A program made the translations under genes and the position numbers. Shown one piece after another: positions 18,457 to 29,608 of a DNA stretch of 64,000 nt (within the stretch, counting starts at the first letter, position 1; every line of letters begins with the position of its first letter). The notes beneath the pieces were generated by a model. It did no database searches and had not been told where the DNA came from. It worked only from the letters and a program-made list of their open reading frames with translations. This stretch comes from a plasmid. The stretch lies in the sequence record NZ_CP104589.1; one strand, written 5' to 3'.

Positions 18457-21418
18457 GTTTTCCGGGCAGCCTTAGCGGCCGAAACTTCCCGTCCTCCAGC
18501 CTGCGGCTCTGCCGCCAGACATAATCGCCGGTCAGATTGATGTGCTCCCACCCCAGCGGCGACAGGTATTGCAGCAGCTCACCATCCACCGACTTCCCCG
18601 CATCGCCCATCGCCTGGGTGGCGCGCTCCAAGTACACCGTGTTCCACAACACGATGGCGGCCGTCACCAGGTTGAGGCCACTGGCCCGGTAGCGCTGCTG
18701 CTCGAAGCTCCGATCCCTGATCTCGCCGAGGCGGTTGAAGAACACCGCCCTGGCCAGGGAGTTGCGGGCTTCGCCCTTGTTCAGTCCAGCATGCACGCGC
18801 CGGCGCAGCTCGACGCTTTGCAACCAATCGAGGATGAAAAGCGTGCGCTCGATCCGGCCCAGCTCGCGCAGGGCCACGGCCAGGCCGTTCTGGCGCGGAT
18901 AGCTGCCGAGCTTGCGCAGCATCAGCGAGGCGGTGACCGTGCCCTGCTTGATCGAGCTGGCCAGGCGCAGGATGTCGTCCCAATGGGCGCGGACGTGCTT
19001 GATGTTCAGGGTGCCGCCAACCATTGGGCGCAATGTCGGGTAGTCCTGGACGCTATTCGGAACATACAGCTTGGTTTCTCCGAGGTCGCGGATGCGCGGT
19101 GCGAAGCGGAAGCCCAGCAGGTGCATCAGGGCGAAGACATGATCGGTGAAGCCAGCCGTGTCAGTGTAGTGCTCCTCGATCCGCAAGTCGGACTCGTGGT
19201 ACAGCAGACCGTCGAGCACATAGGTAGAGTCGCGCACGCCGACATTCACCACGCGGGTGCTGAACGGTGCGTACTGGTCGGAGATGTGGGTGTAGAACAG
19301 CCGCCCCGGCTCGCTGCCGTACTTCGGGTTGACGTGGCCGGTGCTTTCGCCTCGACCACCCGCCCGGAAGCGCTGGCCATCGGAAGAAGAGGTCGTGCCG
19401 TCGCCCCAGTGAGCGGCGAAGGTATGACGGTACTGGTGGTTGACCAGCTCGGCCAGGGCCGCCGAGTAGGTTTCGTCTCGGATGTGCCAGGCTTGCAGCC
19501 AGGACAGCTTGGCGTAGGTCAGGCCGGGGCTCGACTCGGCCATCTTGGTCAGCCCGAGGTTGATTGCATCGCCCAGGATCGCTGACAGCAGCAATGTCCG
19601 GTCTTTGGCCTCGGCACCGTCCTTCAGGTGTGTGAAGTGGCGGCTGAAGCCCGTCCAGTCGTCCACGTCCATCAGCAGTTCGGTGATCTTGATGCGCGGC
19701 AGCAAATGGCTGGTCTGGTCGATCAGCGCCTGCGCGGTATTGGGCACCGCGGAATCCAGCGGGGTGATCTTCAGCCCGGACTCGGTGAGGATGGCATCGG
19801 GCAGCTCGTTGTCCTTGGCCAGGCGGGTGACGGTGGCCAGCTGCTCGTCCAGCAGCTGCAAGCGCTCTTCCAGGTACTGGTTGCTGTTCGGGTTGATCGC
19901 CAGGGGCAGAGCCTGCGCATGCTTGAGCGCGGCGAACCTCTCTGCCGGCAGCAGGTAGTCGTCGAAGTCGCGGAACTGCCGCGAGCCCTTGACCCAGATG
20001 TCACCGGAGCGCAGCGCGTTCTTCAGCTCGGACAGGGCGCAGATTTCGTAGAAGCGCCGGTCGAGGCCTTCCGGGGTTATCACTAGCGGCTTCCAGCGCG
20101 GCTTGATGAAGGCGGTGGGCGCATCGGCCGGCACCTTGCGCAGGTTGTAGGCGTTCATCTCGCTCAGGGTCTGCACGGCTGCCAGCACGCCTTGCGCAGC
20201 CGGGGCAGCGCGCAGTTCCAGCACCTCCAGCAAGGCCGGCGTGTAACGGCGCAGAGTGGCGAAGTTCTCGCCGACCAGGTGCAGATGGTCGAAGCCTTCC
20301 GGCCGGGCCAGCAGCTCGGCCTCGCTGACGCTCTCGGTGAACTCGTCCCAGGGAATCACCGCCTCAATGGCGGCATAGGGATCGCTACCGCTTTCCTTGG
20401 CTTCCAGCAGAGCCTGGCCGATCTTCGAGTACAGGCGCACCTTGTCGTTGATCGCCTTGCCCTGCTTCTGGAACTGCTGCTGATGCTTGTGCTTCGCGCT
20501 GCTGAACAGCTTGACCAGGATACGGTCGTGCAGATCGACCAACTCATCAATCACCGTCGCGGTGCTCTCCAGCACCACGGCGGCCAGGGTCGCGTAGCGT
20601 CGCTGCGGCTCGAACTTGCCGAGGTCTTTGGGCGTCATCTGCCCACCCTCGCGGGCCAGCTTGAGCAGGCGGTTCTGGTGGATGTGTCGGCCCAGGCCTT
20701 CGGGCAAGTCCACCAGCTGAAATGTCTTCAGCCGCTCGATGTGTTCGAGCATGTGGCGGGAGTTCGGTTTCAGCGGTGCCTGTCGCAGCCAGGTCAACCA
20801 GGTGATGCTGCTGCCGGCCTTGAGCTTCAACAGCTCGTCCAGCTTGGCCCGATGCGAGTCCGTGAGTGGTTCGACCAGGGCGCGGTAGACTCGGCGATTG
20901 GCCCGCGCAATGGCCTCCGAACAAGCTCGATCAATTACGCTCAACGCCGGCAGAATGCGCCGCTTCTGTCGCAGGCTCTCCAGGGCCTGACCGGCCAGCA
21001 GTAAGCCCTTGTCGGTCTGCTGGGCCAACTCGGTCAGCTCGCGCACCAGGGCGCGGAAGTCGGACAGGCCGAACGGGGCCAGTTGTAGGTAGGTGCGCAG
21101 TTCCTGGGCGTGCTCGCGGCGAGTCACGTCGCGTTCGCCGTACTTCAACCAACTCGCCGGGTCGGCCTGAACTTGCTTGGCCACCCACTGGATGACCGGC
21201 TCGGGCGGCTCGCTGTCGGTGCCCAACGCATAGCCGGGGTAGCGCAGCAGGCTGAGCTGCACCGCGAAGCCCAGGCGGTTGGCGTCGCCGCGCCGCTGGC
21301 GGATCAGCGACAGGTCGGAGTCGTTGAAGGTGTAGTAGCGGATCAGGTCATCCTGGCTTTCCGGCAACGCAAGCAAGGTGTCGCGCTCCGTAGCCGAGAG
21401 AATCGAGCGACGCGGCAT
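18452..21418 (-). CDS. tnpA: Tn21-subfamily (Tn3 family) transposase TnpA
   Basis: 988 aa; starts [21 protein letters not shown] like Tn21/Tn501 TnpA. Confidence 0.9.
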   Translation of the reverse strand: MPRRSILSATERDTLLALPESQDDLIRYYTFNDSDLSLIRQRRGDANRLGFAVQLSLLRYPGYALGTDSEPPEPVIQWVAKQVQADPASWLKYGERDVTRREHAQELRTYLQLAPFGLSDFRALVRELTELAQQTDKGLLLAGQALESLRQKRRILPALSVIDRACSEAIARANRRVYRALVEPLTDSHRAKLDELLKLKAGSSITWLTWLRQAPLKPNSRHMLEHIERLKTFQLVDLPEGLGRHIHQNRLLKLAREGGQMTPKDLGKFEPQRRYATLAAVVLESTATVIDELVDLHDRILVKLFSSAKHKHQQQFQKQGKAINDKVRLYSKIGQALLEAKESGSDPYAAIEAVIPWDEFTESVSEAELLARPEGFDHLHLVGENFATLRRYTPALLEVLELRAAPAAQGVLAAVQTLSEMNAYNLRKVPADAPTAFIKPRWKPLVITPEGLDRRFYEICALSELKNALRSGDIWVKGSRQFRDFDDYLLPAERFAALKHAQALPLAINPNSNQYLEERLQLLDEQLATVTRLAKDNELPDAILTESGLKITPLDSAVPNTAQALIDQTSHLLPRIKITELLMDVDDWTGFSRHFTHLKDGAEAKDRTLLLSAILGDAINLGLTKMAESSPGLTYAKLSWLQAWHIRDETYSAALAELVNHQYRHTFAAHWGDGTTSSSDGQRFRAGGRGESTGHVNPKYGSEPGRLFYTHISDQYAPFSTRVVNVGVRDSTYVLDGLLYHESDLRIEEHYTDTAGFTDHVFALMHLLGFRFAPRIRDLGETKLYVPNSVQDYPTLRPMVGGTLNIKHVRAHWDDILRLASSIKQGTVTASLMLRKLGSYPRQNGLAVALRELGRIERTLFILDWLQSVELRRRVHAGLNKGEARNSLARAVFFNRLGEIRDRSFEQQRYRASGLNLVTAAIVLWNTVYLERATQAMGDAGKSVDGELLQYLSPLGWEHINLTGDYVWRQSRRLEDGKFRPLRLPGKP

Positions 21419-21421
21419 GGT

Positions 21422-21982
21422 TCAGTCGTCCTTGCGAAGGTACTGATAGAGGGTTTCTCGGCTGATGCCGAACTCGCGGGCGAGCTGCGCCTTCGGCTCG
21501 CCCGCAGCGGCCCGCTGCCGCAGCGTGATGGCTTGCTCGTCGGAGAGGGCTTTCTTGCGGCCCCGGTAGGCACCGCGCTGCTTGGCCAGGGCGATGCCCT
21601 CGCGCTGCCGCTCGCGAATCAGGGCGCGCTCAAACTCGGCAAAGGCCCCCATGACCGACAGCATCAGGTTGGCCATCGGCGAGTCCTCGCCGGTGAACAC
21701 CAGGCCTTCCTTCAAGAACTCGATGCGCACACCGCGCTGGGTCAGCTTCTGCACCAGGCGGCGCAAATCATCGAGGTTTCGTGCCAGGCGATCCATGCTG
21801 TGCACCACCACGGTGTCGCCTTCGCGAACGAAACCGAGCATGGCCTCCAGCTGGGGACGCTGGGTGTCCTTGCCCGAGGCTTTGTCGGTGAACAGCTTGC
21901 CGACCTCGACCTGTTCAAGTTGGCGTTCCGGGTTCTGGTCGAAGCTGCTGACCCGGACGTAACCGATGCGTTGTCCCTGCAA
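21422..21982 (-). CDS. tnpR: Tn21-subfamily serine resolvase TnpR
   Basis: Resolvase N-terminus LQGQRIGYVRVSSFDQNPERQLEQ matches Tn501/Tn1721-type TnpR MQG(H/Q)RIGYVRV; start assigned to TTG at 21982. The ORF track extends to an upstream ATG at 22096 through the IR-like repeat. Confidence 0.8.
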   Translation of the reverse strand: MQGQRIGYVRVSSFDQNPERQLEQVEVGKLFTDKASGKDTQRPQLEAMLGFVREGDTVVVHSMDRLARNLDDLRRLVQKLTQRGVRIEFLKEGLVFTGEDSPMANLMLSVMGAFAEFERALIRERQREGIALAKQRGAYRGRKKALSDEQAITLRQRAAAGEPKAQLAREFGISRETLYQYLRKDD

Positions 21983-22013
21983 GATGCCTCCATGGGCTGG
22001 ATGGGCGGCAGGG

Positions 22014-22051
22014 CTTGCGTTGGTTTTTGGTTCCATTGCGCCCGAAGCCTT
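22014..22051. repeat. solo, slightly diverged copy of the Tn5563-type 38-bp IR
   Basis: CTTGCGTTGGTTTTTGGTTCCATTGCGCCCGAAGCC versus IRR at 35784 CTTACGTTGGTTTTTGGTTCCATTGCTCCCCAAACCCC: 22-bp exact core, same orientation as the IRR. Confidence 0.5.
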
Positions 22052-22154
22052 GAATTTGTCAGGCTGAAATCTATGACCTTGGCAAGCATGTGTCAAAGAA
22101 TGTGAAAGCGGACTCTATTCTGACGGCGTGATGCGCCTTGCCTGACATCCAGTT
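22052..22154. promoter_or_regulatory. res-site remnant of the Tn21-subfamily element, interrupted by the integron
   Basis: TGTC...GACA-type resolvase subsite motifs (tgtcaggctga, tgtcaaagaatgtgaaagcgg) directly abutting IRi. Confidence 0.4.
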
Positions 22155-22179
22155 TGTCGTTTTCAGAAGACGGCTGCAC
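22155..22179. repeat. class 1 integron IRi (25 bp)
   Basis: TGTCGTTTTCAGAAGACGGCTGCAC. Confidence 0.75.
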
Positions 22180-22356
22180 TGAACGTCAGAAGCCGACTGC
22201 ACTATAGCAGCGGAGGGGTTGGATCCATCAGGCAACGACGGGCTGCTGCCGGCCATCAGCGGACGCAGGGAGGACTTTCCGCAACCGGCCGTTCGATGCG
22301 GCACCGATGGCCTTCGCGCAGGGGTAGTGAATCCGCCAGGATTGACTTGCGCTGCC

Positions 22357-23370
22357 CTACCTCTCACTAGTGAGGGGCGGCAGCGCATCAAGCGGTGAGC
22401 GCACTCCGGCACCGCCAACTTTCAGCACATGCGTGTAAATCATCGTCGTAGAGACGTCGGAATGGCCGAGCAGATCCTGCACGGTTCGAATGTCGTAACC
22501 GCTGCGGAGCAAGGCCGTCGCGAACGAGTGGCGGAGGGTGTGCGGTGTGGCGGGCTTCGTGATGCCTGCTTGTTCTACGGCACGTTTGAAGGCGCGCTGA
22601 AAGGTCTGGTCATACATGTGATGGCGACGCACGACACCGCTCCGTGGATCGGTCGAATGCGTGTGCTGCGCAAAAACCCAGAACCACGGCCAGGAATGCC
22701 CGGCGCGCGGATACTTCCGCTCAAGGGCGTCGGGAAGCGCAACGCCGCTGCGGCCCTCGGCCTGGTCCTTCAGCCACCATGCCCGTGCACGCGACAGCTG
22801 CTCGCGCAGGCTGGGTGCCAAGCTCTCGGGTAACATCAAGGCCCGATCCTTGGAGCCCTTGCCCTCCCGCACGATGATCGTGCCGTGATCGAAATCCAGA
22901 TCCTTGACCCGCAGTTGCAAACCCTCACTGATCCGCATGCCCGTTCCATACAGAAGCTGGGCGAACAAACGATGCTCGCCTTCCAGAAAACCGAGGATGC
23001 GAACCACTTCATCCGGGGTCAGCACCACCGGCAAGCGCCGCGACGGCCGAGGTCTTCCGATCTCCTGAAGCCAGGGCAGATCCGTGCACAGCACCTTGCC
23101 GTAGAAGAACAGCAAGGCCGCCAATGCCTGACGATGCGTGGAGACCGAAACCTTGCGCTCGTTCGCCAGCCAGGACAGAAATGCCTCGACTTCGCTGCTG
23201 CCCAAGGTTGCCGGGTGACGCACACCGTGGAAACGGATGAAGGCACGAACCCAGTGGACATAAGCCTGTTCGGTTGGTAAGCTGTAATGCAAGTAGCGTA
23301 TGCGCTCACGCAACTGGTCCAGAACCTTGACCGAACGCAGCGGTGGTAACGGCGCAGTGGCGGTTTTCAT
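22357..23370 (-). CDS. intI1: class 1 integron integrase IntI1
   Basis: 337 aa; [30 protein letters not shown]...[12 protein letters not shown]...[12 protein letters not shown] matches IntI1. Confidence 0.95.
   Translation of the reverse strand: MKTATAPLPPLRSVKVLDQLRERIRYLHYSLPTEQAYVHWVRAFIRFHGVRHPATLGSSEVEAFLSWLANERKVSVSTHRQALAALLFFYGKVLCTDLPWLQEIGRPRPSRRLPVVLTPDEVVRILGFLEGEHRLFAQLLYGTGMRISEGLQLRVKDLDFDHGTIIVREGKGSKDRALMLPESLAPSLREQLSRARAWWLKDQAEGRSGVALPDALERKYPRAGHSWPWFWVFAQHTHSTDPRSGVVRRHHMYDQTFQRAFKRAVEQAGITKPATPHTLRHSFATALLRSGYDIRTVQDLLGHSDVSTTMIYTHVLKVGGAGVRSPLDALPPLTSER
23255..23283 (+). promoter_or_regulatory. integron cassette promoter Pc (weak PcW-type hexamers)
   Basis: TGGACA-N17-TAAGCT inside the intI1 coding region, oriented toward cassettes. 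Confidence 0.6.
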
Positions 23371-23444
23371 GGCTTGTTATGACTGTTTTTTTGTACAGTC
23401 TATGCCTCGGGCATCCAAGCAGCAAGCGCGTTACGCCGTGGGTC

Positions 23445-23510
23445 GATGTTTGATGTTATGGAGCAGCAACGATGTTACGCAGCAGGGCAGTCGCCCTAAA
23501 ACAAAGTTAG
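23445..23510 (+). other. attI1 recombination site
   Basis: ...ATGTTATGGAGCAGCAACGATGTTACGCAGCAGGGCAGTCGCCCTAAAACAAAGTTAG, canonical attI1 3' end immediately before first cassette. Confidence 0.65.
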
Positions 23511-23515
23511 CGCCC

Positions 23516-23920
23516 ATGGAAGGTATCAGCCACATCACGCTTATTGTCCGCGACCTCTCGCGCATGACCACCTTCCTTTGCGATGGTCTCGGTGCGCGAG
23601 AGGTTTATGACAGTGCTGGCCACAATTACTCGCTTTCCCGCGAGAAATTCTTTGTCCTTGGTGGCGTTTGGTTGGCCGCTATGGAGGGAGTGCCGCCATC
23701 TGAGCGCTCCTATCAGCATGTCGCCTTTCGGGTGAGTGAGTCAGATCTTGCCGTATATCAGGCAAGACTTGGGTCGCTGGGCGTGGAGATTCGCCCACCC
23801 AGGCCACGCGTGAATGGAGAGGGGCTGTCCCTGTACTTCTATGATTTTGACAACCATCTGTTTGAGCTGCACACCGGCACATTGGAGCAGCGCCTTGCCA
23901 GGTACGGAGCTGGGCGCTAA
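23516..23920 (+). CDS. fos: Fos-family (FosA/FosC2/FosE-like) fosfomycin thiol transferase cassette
   Basis: 134 aa; HITLIVRDL, YQHVAFRVSESD, LSLYFYDFDNHLFELHTGTL align with FosA metal-binding and K-loop regions; first cassette after attI1. Confidence 0.75.
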   Translation: MEGISHITLIVRDLSRMTTFLCDGLGAREVYDSAGHNYSLSREKFFVLGGVWLAAMEGVPPSERSYQHVAFRVSESDLAVYQARLGSLGVEIRPPRPRVNGEGLSLYFYDFDNHLFELHTGTLEQRLARYGAGR

Positions 23921-24799
<879 letters not shown>

Positions 24800-24897
24800 C
24801 AGGCAGATGCGGCATAACATGAAGTTGCAGCCGACCATCACTCCGCTGCGCTCCGTTCTGGCGGCTGAACTTCGGCGTTAGGCATCACAAAGTACAG
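24800..24897 (+). other. attC of blaVIM cassette
   Basis: Inter-cassette region with inverted repeats ending ...CAACAGCAACG. Confidence 0.45.
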
Positions 24898-24901
24898 CAT
24901 C

Positions 24902-25456
24902 GTGACCAACAGCAACGATTCCGTCACACTGCGCCTCATGACTGAGCATGACCTTGCGATGCTCTATGAGTGGCTAAATCGATCTCATATCGTCGAGTGG
25001 TGGGGCGGAGAAGAAGCACGCCCGACACTTGCTGACGTACAGGAACAGTACTTGCCAAGCGTTTTAGCGCAAGAGTCCGTCACTCCATACATTGCAATGC
25101 TGAATGGAGAGCCGATTGGGTATGCCCAGTCGTACGTTGCTCTTGGAAGCGGGGACGGATGGTGGGAAGAAGAAACCGATCCAGGAGTACGCGGAATAGA
25201 CCAGTCACTGGCGAATGCATCACAACTGGGCAAAGGCTTGGGAACCAAGCTGGTTCGAGCTCTGGTTGAGTTGCTGTTCAATGATCCCGAGGTCACCAAG
25301 ATCCAAACGGACCCGTCGCCGAGCAACTTGCGAGCGATCCGATGCTACGAGAAAGCGGGGTTTGAGAGGCAAGGTACCGTAACCACCCCAGATGGTCCAG
25401 CCGTGTACATGGTTCAAACACGCCAGGCATTCGAGCGAACACGCAGTGATGCCTAA
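24902..25456 (+). CDS. aac(6')-Ib: aminoglycoside 6'-N-acetyltransferase AAC(6')-Ib, Ser variant (Ib'-like)
   Basis: 184 aa; ...[15 protein letters not shown]: Ser where classic AAC(6')-Ib has Leu (QLLAN), the substitution associated with gentamicin rather than amikacin specificity (from memory). Confidence 0.9.
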   Translation: MTNSNDSVTLRLMTEHDLAMLYEWLNRSHIVEWWGGEEARPTLADVQEQYLPSVLAQESVTPYIAMLNGEPIGYAQSYVALGSGDGWWEEETDPGVRGIDQSLANASQLGKGLGTKLVRALVELLFNDPEVTKIQTDPSPSNLRAIRCYEKAGFERQGTVTTPDGPAVYMVQTRQAFERTRSDA

Positions 25457-25530
25457 CCCTTCCATCGAGGGGGACGTCCAAGGGCTGGCGCCCTTGGCCG
25501 CCCCTCATGTCAAACGTTAGCCACCAAGAA
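25457..25530 (+). other. attC of aacA4 cassette
   Basis: TAACCCTTCC...GGGCTGGCGCCCTTGGCCGCCCC...GTTAG. Confidence 0.45.
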
Positions 25531-25536
25531 GGTGCC

Positions 25537-26337
25537 ATGAAAACATTTGCCGCATATGTAATTACTGCGTGTCTTTCAAGTACGGCATTAGCTAGTTCAA
25601 TTACAGAAAATACGTTTTGGAACAAAGAGTTCTCTGCCGAAGCCGTCAATGGTGTTTTCGTGCTTTGTAAAAGTAGCAGTAAATCCTGCGCTACCAATAA
25701 CTTAGCTCGTGCATCAAAGGAATATCTTCCAGCATCAACATTTAAGATCCCCAACGCAATTATCGGCCTAGAAACTGGTGTCATAAAGAATGAGCATCAG
25801 GTTTTCAAATGGGACGGAAAGCCAAGAGCCATGAAACAATGGGAAAGAGACTTGAGCTTAAGAGGGGCAATACAAGTTTCAGCGGTTCCCGTATTTCAAC
25901 AAATCGCCAGAGAAGTTGGCGAAGTAAGAATGCAGAAATATCTTAAAAAATTTTCATATGGTAACCAGAATATCAGTGGTGGCATTGACAAATTCTGGTT
26001 GGAGGGTCAGCTTAGAATTTCCGCAGTTAATCAAGTGGAGTTTCTAGAGTCTCTATTTTTAAATAAATTGTCAGCATCAAAAGAAAATCAGCTAATAGTA
26101 AAAGAGGCTTTGGTAACGGAGGCTGCGCCTGAATATCTTGTGCATTCAAAAACTGGTTTTTCTGGTGTGGGAACTGAGTCAAATCCTGGTGTCGCATGGT
26201 GGGTTGGTTGGGTTGAGAAGGGAACAGAGGTTTACTTTTTCGCCTTTAACATGGATATAGACAACGAAAATAAGTTGCCGCTAAGAAAATCCATTCCCAC
26301 CAAAATCATGGCAAGTGAGGGCATCATTGGTGGCTAA
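25537..26337 (+). CDS. blaOXA: OXA-10-family class D beta-lactamase
   Basis: 266 aa; MKTFAAYVI..., STFK active-site motif, YGN, KTG; near-identical to OXA-10 lineage from memory; allele not determinable. Confidence 0.9.
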   Translation: MKTFAAYVITACLSSTALASSITENTFWNKEFSAEAVNGVFVLCKSSSKSCATNNLARASKEYLPASTFKIPNAIIGLETGVIKNEHQVFKWDGKPRAMKQWERDLSLRGAIQVSAVPVFQQIAREVGEVRMQKYLKKFSYGNQNISGGIDKFWLEGQLRISAVNQVEFLESLFLNKLSASKENQLIVKEALVTEAAPEYLVHSKTGFSGVGTESNPGVAWWVGWVEKGTEVYFFAFNMDIDNENKLPLRKSIPTKIMASEGIIGG

Positions 26338-26396
26338 CAATTCGCTGCAGGCGCGACGGCCCTGACGGGCCGCGGCCTGAGCTCAAACGTTAAACA
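26338..26396 (+). other. attC of blaOXA-10-family cassette
   Basis: TAACAATTCGCTGCAGGCGCGACGGCCCTGACGGGCCGCGGCCTGAGCTCAAACGTTAAAC. Confidence 0.5.
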
Positions 26397-26398
26397 TC

Positions 26399-27190
26399 AT
26401 GAGGGAAGCGGTGATCGCCGAAGTATCGACTCAACTATCAGAGGTAGTTGGCGTCATCGAGCGCCATCTCGAACCGACGTTGCTGGCCGTACATTTGTAC
26501 GGCTCCGCAGTGGATGGCGGCCTGAAGCCACACAGTGATATTGATTTGCTGGTTACGGTGACCGTAAGGCTTGATGAAACAACGCGGCGAGCTTTGATCA
26601 ACGACCTTTTGGAAACTTCGGCTTCCCCTGGAGAGAGCGAGATTCTCCGCGCTGTAGAAGTCACCATTGTTGTGCACGACGACATCATTCCGTGGCGTTA
26701 TCCAGCTAAGCGCGAACTGCAATTTGGAGAATGGCAGCGCAATGACATTCTTGCAGGTATCTTCGAGCCAGCCACGATCGACATTGATCTGGCTATCTTG
26801 CTGACAAAAGCAAGAGAACATAGCGTTGCCTTGGTAGGTCCAGCGGCGGAGGAACTCTTTGATCCGGTTCCTGAACAGGATCTATTTGAGGCGCTAAATG
26901 AAACCTTAACGCTATGGAACTCGCCGCCCGACTGGGCTGGCGATGAGCGAAATGTAGTGCTTACGTTGTCCCGCATTTGGTACAGCGCAGTAACCGGCAA
27001 AATCGCGCCGAAGGATGTCGCTGCCGACTGGGCAATGGAGCGCCTGCCGGCCCAGTATCAGCCCGTCATACTTGAAGCTAGACAGGCTTATCTTGGACAA
27101 GAAGAAGATCGCTTGGCCTCCCGCGCAGATCAGTTGGAAGAATTTGTTCACTACGTGAAAGGCGAGATCACCAAGGTAGTCGGCAAATAA
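26399..27190 (+). CDS. aadA1: aminoglycoside 3''-adenylyltransferase AadA1
   Basis: 263 aa; MREAVIAEVSTQLSEVVGVIERHLEPTLLAVHLYGSAVDGGLKPHSDIDLLV..., matches AadA1. Confidence 0.9.
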   Translation: MREAVIAEVSTQLSEVVGVIERHLEPTLLAVHLYGSAVDGGLKPHSDIDLLVTVTVRLDETTRRALINDLLETSASPGESEILRAVEVTIVVHDDIIPWRYPAKRELQFGEWQRNDILAGIFEPATIDIDLAILLTKAREHSVALVGPAAEELFDPVPEQDLFEALNETLTLWNSPPDWAGDERNVVLTLSRIWYSAVTGKIAPKDVAADWAMERLPAQYQPVILEARQAYLGQEEDRLASRADQLEEFVHYVKGEITKVVGK

Positions 27191-27250
27191 TGTCTAAAAC
27201 AAAGTTAGATGCCAGATTTGGCGTTGCGTATGCTCACAGAAAATCGACAG
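27191..27250 (+). other. atypical cassette junction downstream of aadA1 (attI1-like end, not the usual aadA1 attC)
   Basis: GGCAAATAATGTCTAAAACAAAGTTAGATGCC: the CTAAAACAAAGTTAG string is the attI1 3' end rather than the aadA1 59-be. Confidence 0.4.
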
Positions 27251-27318
27251 CCGCAAGACTGTTTTTGGCAACTCATAGCCACCACTATTTCTCCTTCATA
27301 CCGTAGAGGAGATTGCAC

Positions 27319-27651
27319 GTGAAGAACTGGCTCTTTCTGGCTATTGCAATATTTGGTGAGGTCGTCGCAACTTCCGCACTGAAGTCCAGCCATGGATTCA
27401 CCAAGTTAGTTCCTTCTGTTGTAGTTGTGGCTGGCTACGGGCTTGCGTTCTATTTCCTCTCTCTCGCACTCAAGTCCATCCCGGTCGGCATTGCTTATGC
27501 TGTTTGGGCTGGCCTCGGCATCGTACTTGTGGCAGCTATCGCTTGGATCTTCCATGGCCAGAAACTAGACTTGTGGGCGTTCGTTGGCATGGGACTTATC
27601 GTTAGTGGCGTCGCCGTTCTAAATCTGCTATCCAAGGTCAGCGCACATTGA
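27319..27651 (+). CDS. qac: SMR-family quaternary ammonium efflux protein (QacE/QacF/QacH-like, full length)
   Basis: About 110 aa, four TM helices; [21 protein letters not shown] closely parallels QacE N-terminus; a C-terminus intact (not qacEdelta1); GTG start. Confidence 0.8.
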   Translation: MKNWLFLAIAIFGEVVATSALKSSHGFTKLVPSVVVVAGYGLAFYFLSLALKSIPVGIAYAVWAGLGIVLVAAIAWIFHGQKLDLWAFVGMGLIVSGVAVLNLLSKVSAH

Positions 27652-27657
27652 TCGGGC

Positions 27658-28477
27658 GGCACTGTTGCAAATAGTCGGTGGTGATAAACTTATCATCCCC
27701 TTTTGCTGATGGAGCTGCACATGAACCCATTCAAAGGCCGGCATTTTCAGCGTGACATCATTCTGTGGGCCGTACGCTGGTACTGCAAATACGGCATCAG
27801 TTACCGTGAGCTGCAGGAGATGCTGGCTGAACGCGGAGTGAATGTCGATCACTCCACGATTTACCGCTGGGTTCAGCGTTATGCGCCTGAAATGGAAAAA
27901 CGGCTGCGCTGGTACTGGCGTAACCCTTCCGATCTTTGCCCGTGGCACATGGATGAAACCTACGTGAAGGTCAATGGCCGCTGGGCGTATCTGTACCGGG
28001 CCGTCGACAGCCGGGGCCGCACTGTCGATTTTTATCTCTCCTCCCGTCGTAACAGCAAAGCTGCATACCGGTTTCTGGGTAAAATCCTCAACAACGTGAA
28101 GAAGTGGCAGATCCCGCGATTCATCAACACGGATAAAGCGCCCGCCTATGGTCGCGCGCTTGCTCTGCTCAAACGCGAAGGCCGGTGCCCGTCTGACGTT
28201 GAACACCGACAGATTAAGTACCGGAACAACGTGATTGAATGCGATCATGGCAAACTGAAACGGATAATCGGCGCCACGCTGGGATTTAAATCCATGAAGA
28301 CGGCTTACGCCACCATCAAAGGTATTGAGGTGATGCGTGCACTACGCAAAGGCCAGGCCTCAGCATTTTATTATGGTGATCCCCTGGGCGAAATGCGCCT
28401 GGTAAGCAGAGTTTTTGAAATGTAAGGCCTTTGAATAAGACAAAAGGCTGCCTCATCGCTAACTTTGCAACAGTGCC
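27658..28477. mobile_element. IS26 (IS6 family), 820 bp
   Basis: 14-bp IRs GGCACTGTTGCAAA at 27658-27671 and inverted at 28464-28477; flanking 8 bp differ (gatcgggc versus gctttgca), so no TSD. Confidence 0.95.
27721..28425 (+). CDS. tnp26: IS26 transposase Tnp26
   Basis: 234 aa MNPFKGRHFQRDIILWAVRWYCKYGISYRELQEM...LVSRVFEM, identical to IS26 Tnp from memory. Confidence 0.95.
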   Translation: MNPFKGRHFQRDIILWAVRWYCKYGISYRELQEMLAERGVNVDHSTIYRWVQRYAPEMEKRLRWYWRNPSDLCPWHMDETYVKVNGRWAYLYRAVDSRGRTVDFYLSSRRNSKAAYRFLGKILNNVKKWQIPRFINTDKAPAYGRALALLKREGRCPSDVEHRQIKYRNNVIECDHGKLKRIIGATLGFKSMKTAYATIKGIEVMRALRKGQASAFYYGDPLGEMRLVSRVFEM

Positions 28478-28664
28478 GCTTTGCAAGGGCAAAGCCCGCG
28501 TGACCATCGACACGGCGTTGATTCTCGGTAAGGCCTTTGGCACAGGCCCCGATTACTGGCTGGAGCTGCAACAAGCGGTTGATATTTGGGACGCGCTGCA
28601 CAGCGAAAAACGAAAGGAACGGCTCGAAAGCATCGTGCCGTTGATGAAAATGGTAGCAGCATAA
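28478..28664 (+). CDS. 3' remnant of XRE/HigA-like HTH antitoxin gene, 5'-truncated by IS26
   Basis: In-frame segment ...TIDTALILGKAFGTGPDYWLELQQAVDIWDAL resembles HigA C-terminal HTH. Confidence 0.4.
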
Positions 28665-28848
28665 AAAGCGAAGCCCCGATGCTTTCCAACTTGGCGGGCG
28701 GAAAAGCGATCAGGGCTACATCACAGTGTGGGCGGTTTCGTTAGCAACTTGGCGGGAGCTAACGAGGTGGCCGATTGCCTAGCGGGGCATGGGGCACACG
28801 TGTCTATTATAGCGCGGGTGCCCCTCTAATCAAGTAGTAGGGGTTACA

Positions 28849-29568
28849 GTGGCACAACAACAAGCGGCACAACTGGCGCTATTCGACCAGACACAAGAGG
28901 CCAACACGTATCACGACGCCGGCCGGCGCGGGTTCTTCTCGCTGCTCACCAGCAAGGACAACGGCGACAAGCGGCAGTCCTCCCACCCTCTCAGCGAAAT
29001 GGCTACCGTCCTGGGCATGGTGGACTCGACCCGTGACACCTGGCTGTCACAAGCCGAGTTCTTCCGCCCTAATCGCCGCGTGGTCAATCTGCTACGTATT
29101 GGGCTGATGTTCGTGGACCTCGATACCTACCGGGTGCCCTGGGCGACAGGGCGAACGCCAGAGGAACAAGCAGCCGGCGTTATCTACTTCTGTCAAGCCG
29201 AAGGCCTGCCCCTGCCTTCGCTGATGATCTATTCCGGCCGAGGCCTGCAACTGAAATGGTTGCTCGATGCGCCAATCCCTCGCCAGGCCCTGCCCCGCTG
29301 GAACGCCTGCCAACGCCACCTGGTAGACAAGCTGGCCGAGCTGGGCGCCGATCCTGCCGCCAAGGATGCCAGCCGCGTGTTGCGCCTGGTCGATACGGTC
29401 AACACCAAGAGCGGGAACATCTGCCGCGTGGTCCACGTCCAGGAGGAAGCCGGCGAACCCGCCCGCTACAACTTCGAGTATCTTTGCGAAATGCTGCTGC
29501 CCGTGGCTCGCTGGGACATTGAAGCGCAACAAAAGCGCCGGCGCGACCGACAACTAACCCTGATACCT
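28849..29568 (+). CDS. replicase/prim-pol-like protein, 3'-truncated by Tn5563-like insertion
   Basis: GTG start; LMFVDLDTY (DxD-like) and SGRGLQLKWLL; frame reads into the IR at 29569; upstream direct repeats AACTTGGCGGG x2 (iteron-like). Confidence 0.35.
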
Positions 29569-29608
29569 GGGGTTTGGGGAGCAATGGAACCAAAAACCAA
29601 CGTAAGCC

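Noticed and set aside
18542-21195. Several long plus-strand ORFs (347, 152, 270 and 109 aa)
   Set aside because: Antisense to the transposase gene in high-GC DNA; Arg/Ala/Gly-rich, low-complexity translations typical of shadow ORFs.
21983-22096. Upstream ATG start for tnpR (224-aa version)
   Set aside because: Resolvase N-terminus aligns from LQGQRIGY (TTG start) as in Tn501/Tn1721-like TnpR. The extension is encoded by a foreign IR-like insert; kept only as a possibility in findings.
27628-28248. 206-aa minus-strand ORF inside IS26
   Set aside because: Antisense to the well-defined Tnp26 frame.
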